This document shows, piece after piece, positions 57,643-64,000 of a stretch of DNA of 64,000 bases. Source of the DNA: an uncultured Flavobacteriaceae bacterium. Its GTDB lineage: Bacteria; Bacteroidota; Bacteroidia; Flavobacteriales; Flavobacteriaceae. The notes under the pieces were generated by a model, which saw only the letters and a program-made list of their open reading frames with translations, was not told the origin of the DNA and did no database searches. The translations under genes and the position numbers were made by a program. Numbering within the stretch: the first letter of the stretch is position 1; every line of letters starts with the position of its first letter. The DNA is taken from contig CANKYF010000007.1 in the NCBI GenBank assembly GCA_947487895.1, positions 12,196-76,195 on the forward strand, read 5' to 3'.

Positions 57643-58113
57643 ATGAAATTACTGGTAATAGTTTTAGTGTTTTTTGGGTGTAATATTTTGTTAGCTCAAG
57701 AAGTAAAAGTTAAAGATGTAGCCTATATCGTAAAAGAAGGTGTTATTACAAAAGAAGGTGTTGATATAACTTCAACTCTAAAACAAGAGCAAAAAGATGA
57801 AATTTTAGCACTAGCTAAAAGCAAAAAACTACAAGAATTGGCAAATGCTGAGAATGCTAAGCATTTAAAAGAAGCTGAAAAAAGAGAAAAAAAACTTCTT
57901 AAGGGAAGGAAGAAATCTGTAAAAGCACTAAAACAACAAGAAAAATTACAAGCTAATTTTAAGAGTGCAGATAAAAAATATACTAAGACTTTAGTTAAAT
58001 ATGAAAGACTTAAAGAAAAAGGGAAGCTTTCACCTGTAGATGATTCTAAAATGCTTGAGAAAATAGATAAGCTTAAAGAGAAATTAGAAAAAGCTAAAAA
58101 GAAACTTAAATAA
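57643..58113 (+). CDS. Secreted lysine-rich coiled-coil hypothetical protein (start about 57643)
   Basis: MKLLVIVLVFFGCNILLAQ signal peptide; K/E-rich helical remainder. Confidence 0.7.
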   Translation: MKLLVIVLVFFGCNILLAQEVKVKDVAYIVKEGVITKEGVDITSTLKQEQKDEILALAKSKKLQELANAENAKHLKEAEKREKKLLKGRKKSVKALKQQEKLQANFKSADKKYTKTLVKYERLKEKGKLSPVDDSKMLEKIDKLKEKLEKAKKKLK

Positions 58114-58118
58114 GAAAC

Positions 58119-59012
58119 TTAATCACTCATTAATTTTACTTTTTCAATCATTTTAATAGCATTTTCATCATCTGGATTGATGCTTAATACTTTGTAATAA
58201 TTTTTTAAAGCTTCACTTTTATTTTTAGCTTTAAAATGTGCCTCTCCCAAACTATCGTAGACATTGTCTTTATAAGGAAATATTTTAGTGTTTAATTCAA
58301 ATACAAAAAGTGCTTTTTTAATTTCATTAGAACGTAATAAACTGTATCCGTATGTGTTTAGTTCTCTAGAGCCTTTTACAAATTCAGATATTCTTGGAAC
58401 TAAATTGGCAGTTTCTAACTTTAAGTTTTTAATAGGTTCTTTCTTAAACAATTGATCTAAATAGGTAACAACAAAATAATTAGGGGTGTACTTCTTATTA
58501 GATACAATTTTTGAAATATCTATCTCTAAGGTTTCTTTTGGATATTCTACTATTCTATTAATTTCTTTACCGTTTTTGTAAAAAATAAAGGTAGGAACTC
58601 TATGAATATTCAATCCTTTTTCTTCGTGATTAGGGCTTTGTTTGTAAGCATCTTCAGTTTTGTTTACAGCAACTACTTCTAATTGACTTTTAGGAAATTT
58701 AGCTTGATCCATAATCTTATAAAATCTGGGAACTTCACGTTTACTATCACCGCACCAAGTACCTAAAAACACCTTGATTTTAAAGTTTTTTATCGAATCT
58801 TTAAGATGTTTAATAACTTTTTCGTTTTCTAAATAGTCTCCATAGTTTTTAGAAAACCATGTGTTAAACGTGTTTTTTAGTAAATCTGCTTTAGAGATTT
58901 GCCCTAGTAACATTTCATTACCTATATCATCTAAAAACACATTGCTAACCGTTTGAGAATAAACAACTTGTAGGCTTATAAAAATAATGAAATAAAGAAC
59001 TGTTCGTTTCAT
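58119..59012 (-). CDS. Exported thioredoxin-like protein with a C-terminal TPR
   Basis: Signal peptide; FLGTWCGDS, RVPTFIF; NVYDSLGEAH...ALKNYYKVL..NP. Confidence 0.85.
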   Translation of the reverse strand: MKRTVLYFIIFISLQVVYSQTVSNVFLDDIGNEMLLGQISKADLLKNTFNTWFSKNYGDYLENEKVIKHLKDSIKNFKIKVFLGTWCGDSKREVPRFYKIMDQAKFPKSQLEVVAVNKTEDAYKQSPNHEEKGLNIHRVPTFIFYKNGKEINRIVEYPKETLEIDISKIVSNKKYTPNYFVVTYLDQLFKKEPIKNLKLETANLVPRISEFVKGSRELNTYGYSLLRSNEIKKALFVFELNTKIFPYKDNVYDSLGEAHFKAKNKSEALKNYYKVLSINPDDENAIKMIEKVKLMSD

Positions 59013-59032
59013 AAATATTGATTGTTTGCATT

Positions 59033-59119
59033 CAAAAATAGCATTGAAAAAAGCAGAAATTCTAGAAATGTGTACAATCAGTTTAGTATATTGTACAAAG
59101 ACCCAATACCTATATACAA
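59033..59119 (-). promoter_or_regulatory. -7 box plus three 21-bp-phased direct repeats (candidate LytTR operator)
   Basis: TATTTTTG (minus, 59033-59040); TRTACAA at 59071, 59092, 59113. Confidence 0.65.
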
Positions 59120-59207
59120 ATGGTATTTTGTAGTTTGTAACTTCAAAACGTCATTTTATACCTTACTTTTTGATGATTAATGCTTTTCTAAGTACTTTCA
59201 TCAAAGT

Positions 59208-60176
59208 ATGCGTATAATCAATAAACACTTATCAAGAGCTTTAGTACATGTCCTTTTTTGGATGTTGTTTATTTTTGTGTCACTTTTTCTGTTTTCAGAT
59301 TTCTATTGGAAAGAAAATCCGTTTCTTCAATACCTATCGCTTTTAGTGATTTTAGTATATGTAAATTACTTTTGGTTGCTACCTTTTTTTGTGAAAAAGA
59401 AACTATATGCAGTTTATATTCTAGTATTTTCAATTATTTCTTTTTTAGCAACACAATTATATTGTTACACATTTGCTAGATGTGGTTGTTCTGTGTTTAA
59501 ATGTTTGAGTGATTACCTGTGGCAATCTTTGGTGCCATTAATTTTCTTCTCTTTTGTCTGGATGCTTTATAGGTTTTTAGACGAACAAGAGAAAGTAGTA
59601 GTTATTAAAAAACAACATACAGAAATGGAGTTAAAGTTTTTAAAATCTCAAATAGACCCGCATGTATTATTCAATAACTTAAACACTATTTATTCATATG
59701 CTATAGAAAAACCAAATGAGGTGCCAGATATGGTATTAATGCTGTCTGACAATTTAAAACATGTGTTATATGAGAGTAATTCTAAAACAGTATTTCTGGA
59801 AAAGGAAATTCAATTTATTGATAATTATATTAAATTTCAAAAGCTAAGAGTAGAAGGGGTGAAAAAGGTTGTCTATTCAAAAGAAATTGATGATGATGTT
59901 TATGAAATAGCACCGTTACTATTAATTACTATTATTGAAAATGCCTTCAAACATAGTACTTTAAATAGTGATATCTTAATTGATATTAAGGTTGAAAATG
60001 GCTTTTTAGAATGCATTTGTGAAAATGATTTTAAAACTGAAGAATCAATATCAAACAATAGAATAGGATTGCAAAATCTAGAAAAGCGATTACAACTTAT
60101 TTATAAAGATAATTATGAATTTAAGGTTGAAAAAGGCAATACCTTTAAAGTGTTTTTAAAACTGAAACTAAAGTAA
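59208..60176 (+). CDS. LytS/YehU-type sensor histidine kinase
   Basis: TM region; ELKFLKSQIDPHVLFNNLN, IENAFKH, IGLQNLEKRL. Confidence 0.92.
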   Translation: MRIINKHLSRALVHVLFWMLFIFVSLFLFSDFYWKENPFLQYLSLLVILVYVNYFWLLPFFVKKKLYAVYILVFSIISFLATQLYCYTFARCGCSVFKCLSDYLWQSLVPLIFFSFVWMLYRFLDEQEKVVVIKKQHTEMELKFLKSQIDPHVLFNNLNTIYSYAIEKPNEVPDMVLMLSDNLKHVLYESNSKTVFLEKEIQFIDNYIKFQKLRVEGVKKVVYSKEIDDDVYEIAPLLLITIIENAFKHSTLNSDILIDIKVENGFLECICENDFKTEESISNNRIGLQNLEKRLQLIYKDNYEFKVEKGNTFKVFLKLKLK

Positions 60177-60180
60177 ATGT

Positions 60181-60870
60181 ATGACCTGTATTATCATTGA
60201 AGACGAAATACCTGCGCAAAGAATTTTACAAAACTTTATTGATAAAATTCCAAGTTTAGAGTTGTTAAAAACTTGCAAGGCTGCTATTGAAGCTAATTCA
60301 TTTTTAAACGCCTGTAATGTTGATGTGGTATTTTTAGATATCAACTTACCAGATATTTCAGGAATTGATTTTATTAAAACACTTAAACACCCTCCTGCTG
60401 TTATTATGACAACAGCATATCCAGACTATGCAGTAAGTAGTTATGAATTGAGAACTATTGTAGATTATTTAGTGAAACCTTTCTCTTTTGATAGATTTTT
60501 GAAAGCTATTAATAAAGTTAAAGAACGTACAGAAACTTCAAAAAATATAGCAGAAAATAAAGCAGAAACTATTTTTTTGAATGTAGATAAAACCATGTAC
60601 AAAATTGTGCTTGAAGACATTTTATATATAGAATCAGATAGAAATTATGTAACTGTAGTCACGAAAAAACAAAAACTATCTTTAATAGATTCGCTTAAAA
60701 ATTGGGTTGAGAAACTTCAAACAGCCGAATTTGTACAGGTACATAAATCGTTTATTATTAATACAGATTATGTCGATAAAATCACAGGAAACATAGTGTA
60801 TTTAGATACTTATAAAATACCCGTTGGAAGAACATACAAGGCTAACTTATTAAAAGTATTAGGAGTGTAA
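60181..60870 (+). CDS. LytTR-family response regulator
   Basis: IIEDE, FLDINLP, TTAY, DYLVKP; ILYIES..NY, FVQVHKSFIIN. Confidence 0.94.
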   Translation: MTCIIIEDEIPAQRILQNFIDKIPSLELLKTCKAAIEANSFLNACNVDVVFLDINLPDISGIDFIKTLKHPPAVIMTTAYPDYAVSSYELRTIVDYLVKPFSFDRFLKAINKVKERTETSKNIAENKAETIFLNVDKTMYKIVLEDILYIESDRNYVTVVTKKQKLSLIDSLKNWVEKLQTAEFVQVHKSFIINTDYVDKITGNIVYLDTYKIPVGRTYKANLLKVLGV

Positions 60871-60899
60871 GATTTGCAGATTAATAGTATCTTTAGACT

Positions 60900-61679
60900 A
60901 TGCAAGATGTATTAAAAGTAGCCTTAATTCAAACTGATTTGATTTGGGAAAACCCGGAGAAAAATCGAGAAAATTTTTCAAAGAAATTTAAAAATCTTTC
61001 TGAGGATGTAGATTTGACTATTTTACCTGAAATGTTTACTTCTGGTTTTACTATGAATGCAAAAGCAATAGCTGAAACTATGCAAGGAGATACAGTCACT
61101 TGGATGCAACAAATGGCTTCAAAACATAATACGGCTATTGTTGGGAGTATTGTTGTTACAGAAGACAATAAGTTTTATAACAGATTACTCTTTGTAACTC
61201 CAAACGGAACGCTTCAGTATTATGATAAAAGACATACGTTTACTTTGGCAGGAGAAGACAAAGTATATTCTACAGGAATAAAAAAACTAATTATAGATTA
61301 TAAAGGTTGGAAAATTTGCCCTTTAATATGTTATGACTTACGTTTTCCAGTTTGGTCAAGAAATACAGAAGATTACGATGTGCTTCTGTATGTGGCTAAT
61401 TGGCCCAAACCTAGAATAGCTGCTTGGGATGCTTTATTAAAAGCACGTGCCATTGAAAATATGAGTTATTGTATTGGTGTTAATAGAGTAGGTATAGATG
61501 GATTAAATATAGAATACTCGGGTAATTCTGCAGTATATGATTTGTTTGGAAATGAAATTTCAAATGTAGAAGTTCATAAAGAGCAAATAGAAATTATTAC
61601 TTTACAGAAAGAACATATAACACGTTACCGAGAAAAGTTAAAGTTTCTAGATGATAGCGATGATTTTACTGTTTTGTGA
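60900..61679 (+). CDS. Nitrilase-family amidohydrolase (omega-amidase-like)
   Basis: LPEMFTSGF, YDKRH, ICYDLRFP, ANWP, RAIEN. Confidence 0.92.
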   Translation: MQDVLKVALIQTDLIWENPEKNRENFSKKFKNLSEDVDLTILPEMFTSGFTMNAKAIAETMQGDTVTWMQQMASKHNTAIVGSIVVTEDNKFYNRLLFVTPNGTLQYYDKRHTFTLAGEDKVYSTGIKKLIIDYKGWKICPLICYDLRFPVWSRNTEDYDVLLYVANWPKPRIAAWDALLKARAIENMSYCIGVNRVGIDGLNIEYSGNSAVYDLFGNEISNVEVHKEQIEIITLQKEHITRYREKLKFLDDSDDFTVL

Positions 61680-63282
61680 AATTTAAGGTTGGAGAAAGCC
61701 CCCAGTTGGCTCTAACATCATCTTTCATTTCAAAATGACTAACGCGTTCTGGTTGTATCTTGTTTAAGTAATTTCCAGTGTCATATTTTTTATTACCATT
61801 GGTGTCATGGATAACTCTAATATCATACTTGCCAGGATTTAAATCTAAAAAATCTACTTGTTCTGGTTTTGAAGAATATTTTTCATATTTCACCTCACCT
61901 TTGTTATCTGTTAATTGAATAATTACAGGGTATTCTGCACCAATTAAAGTTAAACGTGCATAACCAAAATCAGATTCTTTTCTAGTACTTATATTAAAAC
62001 TAAGTGTATCTGTAGTAATACCATCAAAAAAATCTTCAAAAGCTTCTGGCTCAACCATAAAAGCATATTGATTGTCATAGGTTTTTTTGAAGTCAAAAGT
62101 ATAGATGTTATTAATAGTATCTAACATTGTTTTAAAATCTACATTAGCAGAATCTTTGTCTATTAAGGTAACTTTAGAAGCATCAAAATAGGTTAAAGGT
62201 GTGCTAGCAGTAATTTTAAAAGCTTCATTTAAACCAATAGAGCCAGAGGTAACTTCTTTAATTATTAGAGAGTCTCTCTCTTGCTCACTAATTCTAGCGG
62301 TATACTCTTTCTCATAGTCATTGTTTATAATTTTAAAGATAAGAGAATCAACTTCTAATTTAGGTCTATACCAATAATATAAAGTATCTGTTTCTTGGTC
62401 TTTTGTGATTTTATATTCAAAGTCATTAGGAACTTCAGATTGAATGTCTATTTTCATAGTTGTATAATCTCCTGCATATCCAAATAAAATCTTTTCACCA
62501 GAAATTAATTTAGGCTTTTCGGCTTTAAAATCTAGATTTTCTTTAAACAATTTTAAGGTATAAGACGTATCAGTTGGGACTTCAATAAATTCTTTATGAA
62601 AAGCAACCTGATCTGTTTTTTGCTGAAATTTATTATCTCCATTATTATCTTTTAAAGCCATAAGCATGTATTTCCCAGCTTTTACATTTTCAATAGAAAA
62701 AGTGGTTAAACTATCAAGCGTGTTAGTGATGTATTTAGGCACTTCTTTATAAATAATAGAATCTGTGAAGGTAGAGTCTACTTCATACAAAGCCACATTA
62801 ACAAAGGTTTCAGGTTCTTTATAATAAGCATCAATAATAGTACCATTAACTTTTAAAGAATCTATATAATCTCCGGTTGAAAGTACGTATCTATAATATG
62901 GGTAGGGATTTCCTTCATTATTATCTTGTATACTATTTCCAAAATTAAACGCGTAAGTTGTATTTGGTTGAAGTGTATCAATTATTTTAATAGAAATGAA
63001 TTTGCTGGCACCTCCTATTGGTTTAATTTCTGGCTGAATTTTCATAGGCGGAGAAATAATCAGTTGCTTTTGTAAGTCCTTAATTTTAATGAACTCATTA
63101 AAAGTTATTTTTATCTCGTTGCCTTCAAAATTAGTGGAATAATTTTCAGGGAACGTTTTTAGGATTTCAGGTGGTAGTTCATCTTTAGGGCCTCCTTCAG
63201 GGTTGCCACGATTGGCACAGTTTATAAAAAGAGCACTAAAAAAAACTAATAAGATAAAATTTGAAAGTGTTTTAGTCATCAC
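61666..63282 (-). CDS. Ig-like-domain lipoprotein
   Basis: Lipobox FINC-AN, GGPKDE.PP, FNEFI, NTTYAFNFG, D.NGNKKYDTG. Confidence 0.8.
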   Translation of the reverse strand: MMTKTLSNFILLVFFSALFINCANRGNPEGGPKDELPPEILKTFPENYSTNFEGNEIKITFNEFIKIKDLQKQLIISPPMKIQPEIKPIGGASKFISIKIIDTLQPNTTYAFNFGNSIQDNNEGNPYPYYRYVLSTGDYIDSLKVNGTIIDAYYKEPETFVNVALYEVDSTFTDSIIYKEVPKYITNTLDSLTTFSIENVKAGKYMLMALKDNNGDNKFQQKTDQVAFHKEFIEVPTDTSYTLKLFKENLDFKAEKPKLISGEKILFGYAGDYTTMKIDIQSEVPNDFEYKITKDQETDTLYYWYRPKLEVDSLIFKIINNDYEKEYTARISEQERDSLIIKEVTSGSIGLNEAFKITASTPLTYFDASKVTLIDKDSANVDFKTMLDTINNIYTFDFKKTYDNQYAFMVEPEAFEDFFDGITTDTLSFNISTRKESDFGYARLTLIGAEYPVIIQLTDNKGEVKYEKYSSKPEQVDFLDLNPGKYDIRVIHDTNGNKKYDTGNYLNKIQPERVSHFEMKDDVRANWGLSPTLNFTKQ

Positions 63283-63333
63283 CAGCTAAAATTTTGCACA
63301 AACCTACGTAATTTTAAAAAAATAACGCCTAAA

Positions 63334-64000
63334 TCAAGACACTATTGCAATAGTTGCAACACTTATTTTTATGTTTTTAGCCTGTTGTAAAACAGAGGCG
63401 CAAGCCTCTAGAGTAGCACCAGTTGTAATAATATCGTCAACTAGTAAAATATGTTTGTTTTCAATGATGTTAGTATTATTTAAAGAGAAGAGCTCATCAC
63501 TATGCTTCCACCTAGAAAATCTAGACTTTTTAGTCTGAGATTTAGTGTTGGTAATTTTAGTAAGCACATCTTCAAAATAGTCTGCATTTAAAGCAAGGGC
63601 AATTTGTTGTCCAAATTTAGTAACTTGGTTATAACCACGTTCACGTAGTTTCTTTTTATGTAGAGGAACAGGTATAACAATATCAATATTTTTATAAGCT
63701 TCAATGGTGTTTAGTTCATTACCAAGCCAGTTGCCTAAAGAAAACCCAATATCTTCATAGCCTCTATATTTTAAACTATGAATGAGTCTTTGTACATTGC
63801 TTTTCTTTTCAAATCTTAGAAGCGAAGTCCCGTTTTCAATGTTTACACGTCCGTAAAGCACCTTTTTTACACTGTCATCATTGTTAAAATGAAAATTAGT
63901 GATAGGCAAATCATGTCTGCAATCTACACAAATATTAGCTTCATTATCTTGCAATAGTTTAAGACAAGCATAACAAATTTTAGGGAAGAAAAGATTTAAT
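63334..64000 (-). CDS. comF: ComF-family phosphoribosyltransferase, 5' end beyond the window
   Basis: In-frame upstream of the track start: LNLFFPKICYAC; PVPLH...ERGYNQ; LLVDDIITTGAT. Confidence 0.93.
   Translation of the reverse strand, partial: LNLFFPKICYACLKLLQDNEANICVDCRHDLPITNFHFNNDDSVKKVLYGRVNIENGTSLLRFEKKSNVQRLIHSLKYRGYEDIGFSLGNWLGNELNTIEAYKNIDIVIPVPLHKKKLRERGYNQVTKFGQQIALALNADYFEDVLTKITNTKSQTKKSRFSRWKHSDELFSLNNTNIIENKHILLVDDIITTGATLEACASVLQQAKNIKISVATIAIVS

Overview
AT-rich chromosomal segment of a Flavobacteriaceae (Bacteroidota) bacterium, inferred from gldD/gldE, TAnnTTTG promoters and family-typical genes. It is mostly housekeeping: xth, rng, HU, mutY, ssb, rplU-rpmA, ahcY, a TPP-riboswitch-led thiSC-tenI-thiDEG-thiH-thiF operon, greA, aat, tag, truB, uppP, ftsX, leuS, ald and comF. 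It also carries a TonB-dependent receptor/phytase pair and a LytS/LytTR two-component system. I found no rRNA, tRNA, CRISPR, prophage or transposase. The ORF track misses a >895-codon gene running off the left edge, a 30-aa bS22-like protein and a candidate 32-aa ORF. The most unusual signals are mobile micro-elements inside working genes. (1) A four-helix-bundle gene sits in the thi operon between two inverted 5x7-nt arrays; the left array puts TAG in all three frames and the right array is translated as the N-terminus of ThiH. (2) A REP-like palindrome doublet lies in-frame inside leuS, a 7-codon hairpin lies in-frame in xth, and 24-nt REP units are nested inside other REPs. Also notable: two adjacent uncharacterised exported proteins with clan-CD-like and NlpC/P60-like catalytic motifs, an ~80-aa atypical segment in LeuS, an SSB-tailed DUF3127 protein, and 21-bp-phased repeats next to the LytTR system. 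Family names come from motif recognition by eye; no database searches were run.
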